Shown piece after piece: positions 1 to 9,441 of a stretch of 64,000 bases of DNA. The DNA comes from an uncultured delta proteobacterium (lineage in GTDB: Bacteria; Desulfobacterota; Binatia; UBA9968), in contig CAVSLC010000013.1 in the NCBI GenBank assembly GCA_963728565.1, forward strand, positions 32,001 to 96,000, written 5' to 3'. The position numbers and the translations under genes are program-made. The stretch's first letter is position 1, and every line of letters begins with the position of its first letter. The notes below the pieces were generated by a model. That model was not told the DNA's origin. It searched no databases and was given only the letters and a program-made list of their open reading frames with translations.

Positions 1-852
1 GACATCTGGGATCAAAGTGAAACATCGATTTCTTGCCCAGTAGAACCGGAACCGGTCGAGAAACATATCTCCGGCTCGACCTGGTATGTTGAATTTGGCT
101 TGATCTTGGGTTCATCGGAAGATGCCTTTGTTGGTTGCCAGCGACCTAAGCTCCTCACGTGGTTTAATCGTGACACCCGGCACCTCGTCGGCTGCGTTCA
201 TGCGAGCGACAACCTGCCTCTCTACGATCTCGGTAAACCGCTGCTTTTCCCTCTGTTGTTATGGCACAGCGATCAGAACGTGGAAGTGAGTCATGCCTGC
301 CTTATTTCCAAGCGCGGACAGGGAGTGCTTTTTGCCGGAAGGGGAGGGGTGGGCAAGTCCACGTCCGCCTTGGCCTGCATTGAAGGCGGTTTTAGCTATC
401 TTGGCGACGACTACATTGCATTGGAGAGAACCGGAGACGGATCGTTTGCCGGACACAGTCTGTACAGCTCGACTTGGCTCATGGCCGATCATATACCGCG
501 CTTTCCCAAATTGGTTCCTCACGCGCTGTACGCACCCCGTCCGGAGCAAGAGAAAAGTCTGGTCTTCCTTTCGGATGTTTTTCCCCATCAACTCGCCACG
601 AGCGTGCCAATTCGAGCAGTGGCCCTCCCTCGGGTAACCGGTGCATCTTCACCGCGGGTGCGGCGAGCCTCCCGAGCCGAGGCGCTTTTTGCGCTGGCCC
701 CTAAGTCGCTCATCCTGCTTCCTAGCTCGGGCGCGAAGGGCTGGGAAAACCTGGTGCGATTGGCTGAGCGCGTGCCTTCTTTCTGGCTCGAGCTAGGCGA
801 GAATATGAGTGAAGTCCCGGACCGCATAGAGGAGCTGATCAACCTCGGTTAG
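1..852 (+). CDS. HprK-related P-loop kinase (5'-truncated by window edge)
   Basis: Frame is open from base 1 (DIWDQSETSISC...). Contains HACLISKRGQGVLFAGRGGVGKST (His plus Walker A) and GFSYLGDDY. Paralog of 8335-9441. Confidence 0.8.
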   Translation, partial: DIWDQSETSISCPVEPEPVEKHISGSTWYVEFGLILGSSEDAFVGCQRPKLLTWFNRDTRHLVGCVHASDNLPLYDLGKPLLFPLLLWHSDQNVEVSHACLISKRGQGVLFAGRGGVGKSTSALACIEGGFSYLGDDYIALERTGDGSFAGHSLYSSTWLMADHIPRFPKLVPHALYAPRPEQEKSLVFLSDVFPHQLATSVPIRAVALPRVTGASSPRVRRASRAEALFALAPKSLILLPSSGAKGWENLVRLAERVPSFWLELGENMSEVPDRIEELINLG

Positions 853-954
853 CCGTTTTCCTCTCTTTCCAGCTCGTACGTCATACCGACAAAGAATCTG
901 AGAGCGCCGGGTCCGTCTCTCCAAAGGAAGATCGAGTTCATCATAGTTTTAGTC

Positions 955-2109
955 ATGCGAGTCTTATTCTGGTGCGAGCAGTTCTGGCCGAAAATAGGAG
1001 GTATCGAAGTCTGGGGAACAAAGCTACTCCGGGCCTTGCGCGAACGTGGTCATGACTTGGCTGTCGTGGCTTCTCAAGAAACTCCCGCTTCACCCCGTGA
1101 GGAGCGCCACGGTGGAATAGCCGTGTATCGTTTTCCCTTCTGGGAGGCGTTAACCAACCGCAACATGGATCAGTTGGTTGATATCAAACGAGCAGTGGCC
1201 AGAGTAAAGTGCACGTTTGAACCGGCTCTCATCCACCTCAACCTTACCGGTCCGAGCGTCTACTTTCACCTGCAGACGGCCGAAGCACCTGCCGCTCCTC
1301 TACTTGTTTCATTACACCAGCCGCTGGAGAATCAATCCGGCAGCAGGGGCTCGGTGGTTAACCGCATTCTCAGCTCAGCCGATTGGGTAACGGCAGGCTC
1401 TGAAATGGTTCTCACCACCGCGCGCCGATTGGCGCCGGAGATCATTTCGCGTTCTTCCCTGATCTATTTCGGCTTTGATGCACCGGAATTCTCGCCCGAG
1501 CCGCTGCGCTTCGATGAACCTCGGTTGTTGTGCCTCGGGCGTCTCGTCCATGAGAAGGGCTTCGATCTGGTCTTGACCGCGTTTGCCAGCATCACCGAAC
1601 GCTTCCGCTCCCTGCGGCTGATTATCGCCAGTGATGGACCGGCCCGACCGCACTTGGAGCGGCAGGCTCGCGAGCTCGGCCTGGCCGACGCTGTTGATTT
1701 CATCGGCTGGGTCGAATCAAACAAGATGCCGGCATTGTTCAATTCCGCGACCATTGTTGTAATGCCCTCAAGGGTAACGGAAGGCTTCGGCTTTGTTGCT
1801 ATGGAAGCGGCAATGATCGGACGGCCGGTTGTGGCGACCCGGAGCGGAGGCCTTGTCGAGGTAGTAATTGATGGCGCCACCGGATTGCTGGTTGAAAGGG
1901 AAGACAGCCATGCGCTTGCAAGCGCGATTGCGTACCTACTCGATCACCCGGACATAGCGAGAGAAATGGGCCGGATTGCGCGAGCTCGCGCCCTGGCAAC
2001 GTTCAGCTGGGAACAGCATGTTAACGCGTTCGACGATTTATATGGTCAGCTTGTCACTGACGTGCCTCCTGCAACACCTCCGGGGCCGCGGTTGGGAAGG
2101 AAAGAGTGA
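955..2109 (+). CDS. GT4 family glycosyltransferase
   Basis: N-terminal MRVLFW..FWP.IGG.E, then LGRLVHEKGFD and EGFGFVAMEA (E-x7-E) motifs. Confidence 0.9.
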   Translation: MRVLFWCEQFWPKIGGIEVWGTKLLRALRERGHDLAVVASQETPASPREERHGGIAVYRFPFWEALTNRNMDQLVDIKRAVARVKCTFEPALIHLNLTGPSVYFHLQTAEAPAAPLLVSLHQPLENQSGSRGSVVNRILSSADWVTAGSEMVLTTARRLAPEIISRSSLIYFGFDAPEFSPEPLRFDEPRLLCLGRLVHEKGFDLVLTAFASITERFRSLRLIIASDGPARPHLERQARELGLADAVDFIGWVESNKMPALFNSATIVVMPSRVTEGFGFVAMEAAMIGRPVVATRSGGLVEVVIDGATGLLVEREDSHALASAIAYLLDHPDIAREMGRIARARALATFSWEQHVNAFDDLYGQLVTDVPPATPPGPRLGRKE

Positions 2110-2116
2110 TTTCGCC

Positions 2117-3238
2117 ATGCGGGTTTTATTCTGGTCCGATCTATTTTGGCCGTACATTGGCGGCAGCGAGATTTTTGCCGCAAAACTTCTCCTCGCTTTG
2201 CGAAATGAACATGAGTTTGTGGTCGTGACGCGGCAGGACAGCCCGGATCTGCCGTTGGAAGATTCATATAGCGGCATCCCGATCTACCGTTTCCCTTTCT
2301 GCACCGCAATGGCCAGCGGCGATCTATCTCAGGTTATTTTGCTGCGGCAACACGTAGCCAAGCTCAAGCGAAGGTTTGCGCCGGATCTGATCCATATACA
2401 TAATTTCGGTCCCAGCATACTATTTCACCTTGAGACAGCCGGCATTCATTCAGCCGCTTCGTTATTCACGGCAACACTAGAAATCTTGCCGGATGCGGAT
2501 ACGCAACCTGACACGCTCATGGGGCGGACTCTCCGCGCGGCCGATTGGATTACTGGCGTATCGTTCGACACGCTGGCGCGGGTGCACCAGCGAGTGCCGG
2601 AGACGGTCTCTCGTTCATCCGTTATTTTCAACGGCTTGGATTGCCCGGCGCTATTGCCGGAGCCCCTCCCGACCGAGAGCCCTCGACTGCTGTGCTTGGG
2701 CCGGCTACAGCGCCAAAAGGGATTCGATATCGCCTTGTCGGCGCTAGCCGCGATTATCGATCGTTTTCCTCACATCCGCTTGACAGTTGCCGGCGACGGA
2801 CCTGAACGGGCAGCTTTGGAGCGCCAAGCCGCCAAGCTGAATCTCACCGGTGCAGTCGACTTTATGGGTTGGGTGCCCCCGGACCAAGTCCCCGAGCTGC
2901 TCAATGAAGCTACCATTGTCCTCATGCCGTCACGGTTTGAGGGCTTCGGCCTGGTTGCACTGGAGGCTGGATGGATGGCCCGTCCGGTGATCGCAGCCCG
3001 AGTAGGAGGCCTTGCCGAAGTGGTAGCCCATGAACAGACTGGCTTACTCATCCAAAGTGAAAGCACCCTGGCGTTAACCGAAGCAATCGCCTTCTTGTTG
3101 TCCCATCCCGAGCAAGCGGCGCAGATGGGTTTGGCGGGACGCCGCCGGGCGCAGGAACTTTTCAGCTGGGAGGTTTGTTTACAATCGTATGATGCTCTCT
3201 ACCGAAAACTCGCCACGTGCCTTCCCGTTTACGAATGA
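2117..3238 (+). CDS. GT4 family glycosyltransferase
   Basis: ATG 2117 gives MRVLFWSDLFWPYIGG, matching the paralog starts; GRLQRQKGFD and EGFGLVALEA motifs. Confidence 0.9.
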   Translation: MRVLFWSDLFWPYIGGSEIFAAKLLLALRNEHEFVVVTRQDSPDLPLEDSYSGIPIYRFPFCTAMASGDLSQVILLRQHVAKLKRRFAPDLIHIHNFGPSILFHLETAGIHSAASLFTATLEILPDADTQPDTLMGRTLRAADWITGVSFDTLARVHQRVPETVSRSSVIFNGLDCPALLPEPLPTESPRLLCLGRLQRQKGFDIALSALAAIIDRFPHIRLTVAGDGPERAALERQAAKLNLTGAVDFMGWVPPDQVPELLNEATIVLMPSRFEGFGLVALEAGWMARPVIAARVGGLAEVVAHEQTGLLIQSESTLALTEAIAFLLSHPEQAAQMGLAGRRRAQELFSWEVCLQSYDALYRKLATCLPVYE

Positions 3239-4269
3239 GGGCCGGCATGCGCGAAATGAGAGTCCATGCGGCGATTCTTCTCGGGCTTGCAGCCCTACTG
3301 CTATTGGGATTTACCATAATCTCGAACAATAGCGTTACAACCTGGATCGCTGACGCGAAATACAACGCCAAAATGGCTTGCGAACCCTGCTATCAGGTCG
3401 GGCGCAAAATCCATTCCGCCGTGGTCGTGCCGAGTGAAATATTATCATGGCACTTCTATGTTCTCGTCGGGGGCATATTGCTAGCGGAATGGAGCCAACC
3501 GGTCTACCCACGTCCGCGAATTTTCGGCCCTTCATTGTTGCACGATTCTCTTTGGTTTCTTTTTGACGCCCTATTCGTGGGTATTTTGCTACCAATCTAT
3601 CGCAGGGCGCTTGGCGGGCTTCATAGTTCCTATCTCGGCTTTATGCAAATCGATATTGACCAAGGATTGCCGTTAGCAGCACACATTCTCCTCGCCGTTC
3701 TGGTTTCGGATTTCATCCGCTGGTTTCATCACTTTTTGCGTCACAAAGTTACTCTCTTCTGGTATTTCCATACGGTCCACCACTCGCAACGGGATATGAA
3801 TCTATTCACTGATTTAAGAGTTCATCCCGTGGAGAGGCTGATCGAGGCCGCGGTGAGTTTTATTCCGTTCTTGAGTTTGAGGACGGATATTGCGCTGGCC
3901 TCCTTTGGAGGCTGGTATCTGTTTGGAACCTGGTATGCCCGGTTTTATCACAGCAACGTCAAAACCAATCTCGGCATTCTTCGTTACATCATGGTAACGC
4001 CGCAGTCGCATCGAATTCATCATTCTTGCAGGAAAGATCATCAAGACAAAAACTTCGGCGCCATATTCAGTATCTGGGACCATCTCCTAGGAACTCAGTA
4101 CCGAAAATATGACGAGTACCCGGAGACCGGAATAGATGACGAGAAATTTCCCTATGAGACTGAATTTACCTGGCGGCGAACAATGCGCGCTTTGTTTTTC
4201 CAGCTTGTCTATCCTTTTGAGCTGACCTTCAGATCAGCAGCCGGAATGATTATGCGGAAAGCCGATTAG
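3235..4269 (+). CDS. Sterol desaturase / fatty acid hydroxylase superfamily membrane di-iron enzyme
   Basis: His boxes HHFLRH, HTVHHS, HSN and HRIHHS, plus KNFG..FSIWD.L.GT. Start taken at the ATGA overlap with the upstream stop. Confidence 0.85.
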   Translation: MRAGMREMRVHAAILLGLAALLLLGFTIISNNSVTTWIADAKYNAKMACEPCYQVGRKIHSAVVVPSEILSWHFYVLVGGILLAEWSQPVYPRPRIFGPSLLHDSLWFLFDALFVGILLPIYRRALGGLHSSYLGFMQIDIDQGLPLAAHILLAVLVSDFIRWFHHFLRHKVTLFWYFHTVHHSQRDMNLFTDLRVHPVERLIEAAVSFIPFLSLRTDIALASFGGWYLFGTWYARFYHSNVKTNLGILRYIMVTPQSHRIHHSCRKDHQDKNFGAIFSIWDHLLGTQYRKYDEYPETGIDDEKFPYETEFTWRRTMRALFFQLVYPFELTFRSAAGMIMRKAD

Positions 4270-4351
4270 ACCATTTCCAAAGGCGAGAATTAGTGAACGA
4301 CTGTTGGAGCCAAATTCGTAAAAACCGATTAACGAATCCAAGCCACGATCT

Positions 4352-5623
4352 ATGACGCTCTTCTCACCGGCAGGTTGCAAACGTGTCGAGCTACCGGATG
4401 CCAGAACCTATGAAGCTATCAGGAATTCCCTTGCTGAACACCTCGACAAGGAGGTCCTTCCGTTCTGGATATCTGCCAAGATAAACGATCCGTCTTATGG
4501 CGGGTATGTGCCCTTTCTCGATAAGCGGTTGCTGCCGACCGGAAGAGTGGAAGGGCATGTGATTGTTCAGCTACGCTTACTATATGTGCATGCGGTCGCT
4601 ATCAGTCGGTCGGACGAGTCAAACCTGAGGGCTGAAATGCTGGCACAGTACCGGCGCAGGTTTGCGTTCCTGACAAAGCAATACTGGGATGCCAAAGAGG
4701 GCGGCTTCTTCGATTATTCGTCGGAGAGAAGAGCCACATGTGTCGGTTCTGTAAAACAAACCCAGTCGCAAGTACACGCAATTTATTTTTTGGCTGAGAG
4801 TCATCTCCTCATCGGTCATGAGGAGGCGCTGGAAAAGGCAACAGCCGTATTTTCGCTGATTGATCGTGGCGGCCACGATACGCTCTACGGCGGGTACCTC
4901 GGTTACTATGAGCGATCCCATGATCATCCTGATAACAAAGTGAAGACCTTAGGGATTCAAATGCATATGCTTCTAGCGCTGAGCAAGTTGAACCAAGCCG
5001 CGGCTGAGCAAGTCTACCTCGATCGCGTTCAAGAGCTCGCCAATATCTTGCTGACACGCTTTGAGATACCCGGCTCGGCAGGCAATGCTTACGACTCGCT
5101 TACGCGGGCCTGGCAAGAAATTCCGGCTAATGGCGAACTGGAGACAAAGACGGTGTACGGGCACTCGGCAGAGCTCGTCTGGTACATGCTCGAGAGCGCC
5201 CGGTTACTCGATCATTACGTCGAACCGCTGCGACCATGGCTGACCCGGCTAACTGGCGCGTTACTCGCCAACGGTGTCAGCAGAAGGGGGGCGGTGTACT
5301 GGGCTGGCGCCTATCGTGGCGTGGCACAGAATAGGACGGTCTGGTGGTGGGCACAGGCTGAAATGATGATCGCGCTGCTGCGCGTCTACGAAGCGACCGG
5401 TGATGTGCGACTCTGGAACGCCTTTCACAAGGTAAGGATTTGGGCCTTTCGTCACCTCGTTTGTGGTCATTCCGGCACCTGGGTCGCGTTCATCGATCAT
5501 TGGGGGTTACGGCAGGCCCGTGACCGCGCGGGTAGCCACTGGCAAACCGGCTTTCACGTAACCCGTGCGCTGCTGCAGTGTGAGCAGTCACTCGATCGTT
5601 TGATTGCGCGCAGCAGAGTTTAA
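4352..5623 (+). CDS. AGE family epimerase/isomerase (cellobiose/N-acylglucosamine 2-epimerase-like)
   Basis: LPFW...D..YGGY, QMHML, YGHSAE, WWWAQAE and FHVTRAL motifs; three His positions retained. Confidence 0.8.
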   Translation: MTLFSPAGCKRVELPDARTYEAIRNSLAEHLDKEVLPFWISAKINDPSYGGYVPFLDKRLLPTGRVEGHVIVQLRLLYVHAVAISRSDESNLRAEMLAQYRRRFAFLTKQYWDAKEGGFFDYSSERRATCVGSVKQTQSQVHAIYFLAESHLLIGHEEALEKATAVFSLIDRGGHDTLYGGYLGYYERSHDHPDNKVKTLGIQMHMLLALSKLNQAAAEQVYLDRVQELANILLTRFEIPGSAGNAYDSLTRAWQEIPANGELETKTVYGHSAELVWYMLESARLLDHYVEPLRPWLTRLTGALLANGVSRRGAVYWAGAYRGVAQNRTVWWWAQAEMMIALLRVYEATGDVRLWNAFHKVRIWAFRHLVCGHSGTWVAFIDHWGLRQARDRAGSHWQTGFHVTRALLQCEQSLDRLIARSRV

Positions 5624-5853
5624 CCCGGATTTGCGATTGACAGAAAGCGCGAGGCACAATCCTTCCGCAGCGAAGTCGATGGGGTTCTACTCTGAGCAGA
5701 GATCGCTCAGCGGTGCTTCGAGCGGGATGTTTAAGCCTCATGGCAACGACGTGCGAGAGCGCAAAACCACTTTGAAACTTCACAGTCGGACGCCTTCGAT
5801 GCTCCAGGATTTCACCTCGCTTGCGGCATTTTTAGTTCGACTGCGAATCCGGG
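5624..5853. mobile_element. MITE-like non-autonomous element, 230 bp
   Basis: Terminal inverted repeats CCCGGATTTGCGATTGA and TCGACTGCGAATCCGGG, flanked by a 5-bp direct repeat TTTAA (5619-5623 and 5854-5858). No transposase ORF. Confidence 0.7.
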
Positions 5854-5955
5854 TTTAAGCGTGCCGATCCCCGGCATGAAGACACTGTCGATGATGAAGC
5901 CTTGCCAAGGCTTTCGCCCCGGGTGAGATTACCGGACATCTAAGAAAGGCTGGCG

Positions 5956-7209
5956 ATGGGCTTGCTTCGAACATTTGTGATAACAGAAACCCTGCCTTAT
6001 CCGGCGTTGGCAGGCATGGATCTGCGCAATTTGCAGAATATCAACGGGCTCCTTCGCTTCAGTGCCGTCGGCGTCTTCGGGTTGAACTCGAATGATGCTC
6101 GAAGCAAGAAGATGCCGCCGGCAAGTCTAGCCTTCTGGCGTGCATCGACGGATGGCGCTCTTACTTACCCTCTGCCGCAAAAAAAACTGGCGGCACGCGC
6201 CTGGCTCTTGGATCCGGCGGGGCATCCGTCGGACCTCTACTATTCGGCTACGGCGGCAACGGAGGTCATCGACTTAGTCGAGAGTTTTCGGCCGGATTTG
6301 ATCATAGTGGAAGGACTGTGGCTGCACCGCTACATTCCGATCCTCAAACGGCATTGTCGTCGAATTGTGCTGGACCTTCATGCCGTCGAAGCAGTTATGA
6401 GCAGAGACATCGCAAGCTCGACTCCGGGCAACGACTTGAAGGCGAGGCTTCTTCGAGAAGTTCTGCCGGCGCGGGTAAAGCTCCTCGAACATCAGGCTGC
6501 CAATGCCGTAGATCAGATTTGGGTTTGCAGTTGCGAAGACGCGCGCTTGATGCAAGAGGTCCACGATCCGTCCGCGCCGATTCATGTCATACCCAATACC
6601 GTGAATCTCGATAACTATGCATCGGCGCGAACCGCCAGGTATCGCTGCTCCGAATCGGTGGCTCCGAATCGGAGAACCGTTATTTTCCCGGCTATCTTTC
6701 GATGGCAGCCGAATGCCGAGGCGGCAAATTTTTTGATCGGGAAGGTTTTTCCCCAACTCGCCACAGTGTTTCCGGATTGTCAATTATTACTGGTCGGCGC
6801 CGACCCGACGGCTTCTATGAAGGCGGCAGCCGAGCGAGACCCGCGGATTGTTGTCACCGGCCTAGTGCCGGATGTGATGCCTTTTCTTGCCGTGGGTACG
6901 GTCATGGCAGTCCCATTGTCTCAAGGAGGCGGAACCCGGCTTAAAATTCTGGAGGGGTTCGCTGCGGAAGTACCCATCGTGACGACCCGAAAGGGAGTCG
7001 AAGGAATCAGTGTAGAGAACGGGAGACACGTCCTGCTCGCCGAGAGTGCCGAGGAATTCGTCGGGGCGATAAAGCGGATTTGGACGGAAGAGGGCCTTGC
7101 AAAACATTTGGCAACCAACGGCTTGGACTTGGTGACACGCGCCTATTCATGGAACGCGAGCAGCCGGAGAATAATGCGGGCCGTTACGGCACTCGAATTG
7201 GGAGAGTAA
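5956..7209 (+). CDS. GT4 family glycosyltransferase (divergent subtype)
   Basis: P.....G..LR N-terminus, VIPNTV, PNAEAA and GGGTRLKILEGFAAEVPIVTT motifs. Confidence 0.88.
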   Translation: MGLLRTFVITETLPYPALAGMDLRNLQNINGLLRFSAVGVFGLNSNDARSKKMPPASLAFWRASTDGALTYPLPQKKLAARAWLLDPAGHPSDLYYSATAATEVIDLVESFRPDLIIVEGLWLHRYIPILKRHCRRIVLDLHAVEAVMSRDIASSTPGNDLKARLLREVLPARVKLLEHQAANAVDQIWVCSCEDARLMQEVHDPSAPIHVIPNTVNLDNYASARTARYRCSESVAPNRRTVIFPAIFRWQPNAEAANFLIGKVFPQLATVFPDCQLLLVGADPTASMKAAAERDPRIVVTGLVPDVMPFLAVGTVMAVPLSQGGGTRLKILEGFAAEVPIVTTRKGVEGISVENGRHVLLAESAEEFVGAIKRIWTEEGLAKHLATNGLDLVTRAYSWNASSRRIMRAVTALELGE

Positions 7210-7211
7210 CT

Positions 7212-8348
7212 ATGCGCGTATTATTTTGGACACTGAGTTTCTGGCCCAACATTGGCGGTCTCGAAGTGCTTGCCGCGAAGCTCGTGCCTGCCTTGCGCGA
7301 TCGCGGCCATGAATTCCTTATTGTAGCGCCCAAAAGCTCGCCTGAGTTGTCCGATGAGGCGCAATACAACGGCATTCCGATCCAGCGCTGCTATTTTCAG
7401 AATACAACCAAGCCGGCCGGCATCGATCACTTGCTCGATGTTAAACAAAAAGTTGCCAGGCTGAAACGGCACTTTGCGCCGGATCTGGTCCACGTCAACG
7501 GCGTCGGGCCAACTGACTTTTTTCACCTGACGACCAGAAACGCGCATTGGGCTCCCACGTTGGTTACGTTGCACGGCGAATGGCATCCGCAGGCCGACGG
7601 GATCGTAGCACGTACCTTGCGCGAGGCCGATTGGGTGGCCGGTTGCTGCGCCGCGGTTCTTGAGCATGGACAACGATTAGCGCCGCAGATGGCCCCACGT
7701 TCCTCGGTCATCTACAACGGTCTGGAAACTCCGGCACTGGCTACCGAACCGTTGCCTTTAGACCCGCCGCGCATTTTATGTCTGGGACGCCTCTCACCGG
7801 AGAAGGGCATGGACCTGGCTCTCGCTTCCTTCGTCGCGATTCTCGCTCGATTTCCTGGCGCCCGTTTGATCATCGCCGGCGACGGAGTTCTCCGATCCGA
7901 TCTTGAACGTCAGGCTGCCTCTCATGGTATTGCTCGTGCCGTGGATTTCATCGGCTGGATCGAGCCCGATAAGGTGGCGGCGCTGATCAACACCTCGACA
8001 GTTGTCCTGATGCCATCTCGACGAGATTCGCTTCCTTTGGTGGCCTTACAGGCCGCCTTGATGGCCCGTCCAATCGTCGCGACACGGGTGGGAGGACTTC
8101 CGGAAGTCGTAGTGCATGAAGAGACCGGCTTACTCGTTGAAAATGAAAACAGCGAGGCGCTAGCCGATGCAGTGGGGTTTTTGCTGTCACATCCTGGGGT
8201 CGCCAGGCTGATGGGAGAGGCAGCCCGCGCCCGCGCACAAACAGCGTTCAGCTGGGAGCATCACGTCAACTCCTATGATCTTTTGTACCGGAAATTAGCT
8301 GTTAAAAAACAAGAGCCGATAAATATTTCTGGAGATGGCTGTGATTGA
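7212..8348 (+). CDS. GT4 family glycosyltransferase
   Basis: ATG 7212 gives MRVLFWTLSFWPNIGGLE; GRLSPEKG present; E-x7-E motif altered to DSLPLVALQA. Confidence 0.88.
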   Translation: MRVLFWTLSFWPNIGGLEVLAAKLVPALRDRGHEFLIVAPKSSPELSDEAQYNGIPIQRCYFQNTTKPAGIDHLLDVKQKVARLKRHFAPDLVHVNGVGPTDFFHLTTRNAHWAPTLVTLHGEWHPQADGIVARTLREADWVAGCCAAVLEHGQRLAPQMAPRSSVIYNGLETPALATEPLPLDPPRILCLGRLSPEKGMDLALASFVAILARFPGARLIIAGDGVLRSDLERQAASHGIARAVDFIGWIEPDKVAALINTSTVVLMPSRRDSLPLVALQAALMARPIVATRVGGLPEVVVHEETGLLVENENSEALADAVGFLLSHPGVARLMGEAARARAQTAFSWEHHVNSYDLLYRKLAVKKQEPINISGDGCD

Positions 8349-9441
8349 AGTCAAACCAAACCAAGGCTTTGCTCCGCCGGCGCCGGATGGCGGCGCCGAC
8401 CTCGGCTTCAATCTCATGCGGAATGCCTTTGCACAGGCAAAGACAATGCATCCGAACCTCTTTCACGAGTCGTCTTATGTCCTGGCGGGCCAAACGGTGA
8501 ACATGCGAATCGTCGGGCAGAGGCTCGCCGAATTTATGGATTTGCCGTTCGCGCATCTGCGGGTCGACCATCCCCAGTTGACGGGGCCGCGCCTCAACAT
8601 CGAGCTCTGGGACCAGGCTGAAACAAATGTCTCTTGCCGACTCGGGTTGATACGGGACGATCTGGATTTGCATCCGAATCTAAAACATTCCGCCGATGGC
8701 CGATACGCTTCCTACCAGCTGCAGCATTCATTGGTATCGCTCGATCGGTCATCCGGTTTTATATGCGGTTATGCGTCGAACGCGGAAGAGCTGTCTCTTT
8801 ACGAACGCGGCCGGCCCCTGCACGTGCTCTTGAGTTTGTGGCATAAGAGTCTGGACATGCCGCTGGTGCATGCCGGTTTGGTTTCCAAGAGCGGCCGTGG
8901 CGTACTGCTGGCAGGTCCCGGCGGCTCGGGCAAGTCGACGTCGGCCATCACCTCTGCGTTCGCCGGTTTTGATTACCTGAGCGAGGATCTCGTCGGCTTG
9001 CAGGCGTCGCCGGACAACGGTTTTGTGGGTCATAGTCTCTACAGTTCGACCTTCATAGAGCCGAATCATCTTAAGCGGTTCGCGCTGTTCGATGGACATG
9101 CGATAAAAGGAAAATATCCTTTCGAGACGAAACTTCTGGTTCTGCTGTCACAGATTGCTCCGCTTCGATTTGCGCGAGCCTGCCGGATTCACGCCGTAGT
9201 ACTCCCTCGCGTCCTGCATCTTCCGGCGTCGCGCCTTCGTCCGGCTTCCAAAGGCGAGGCACTACTGACGCTTGCTCCCAGCTCTCTTCTCGTAGGCGAA
9301 AAAAGTAATGGGCTGCAGGGATTTAATAAGCTCGCGCAACTGGTCGAGCAAGTACCCTGTTATTGGCTAGAACTGGGCGGCGCTCTGGAAGAAATCCCCT
9401 GCGTTCTTGAAAGACTGCTGTCGGACACGGCAGGTAATTGA
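8335..9441 (+). CDS. HprK-related P-loop kinase
   Basis: VHAGLVSKSGRGVLLAGPGGSGKST and FDYLSED motifs; collinear with 1-852. Confidence 0.8.
   Translation: MAVIEVKPNQGFAPPAPDGGADLGFNLMRNAFAQAKTMHPNLFHESSYVLAGQTVNMRIVGQRLAEFMDLPFAHLRVDHPQLTGPRLNIELWDQAETNVSCRLGLIRDDLDLHPNLKHSADGRYASYQLQHSLVSLDRSSGFICGYASNAEELSLYERGRPLHVLLSLWHKSLDMPLVHAGLVSKSGRGVLLAGPGGSGKSTSAITSAFAGFDYLSEDLVGLQASPDNGFVGHSLYSSTFIEPNHLKRFALFDGHAIKGKYPFETKLLVLLSQIAPLRFARACRIHAVVLPRVLHLPASRLRPASKGEALLTLAPSSLLVGEKSNGLQGFNKLAQLVEQVPCYWLELGGALEEIPCVLERLLSDTAGN

Noticed and set aside
5604-5858. 84-aa and 97-aa ORFs across the intergenic element
   Set aside because: No SD or recognisable motif; the region is better explained as a MITE.
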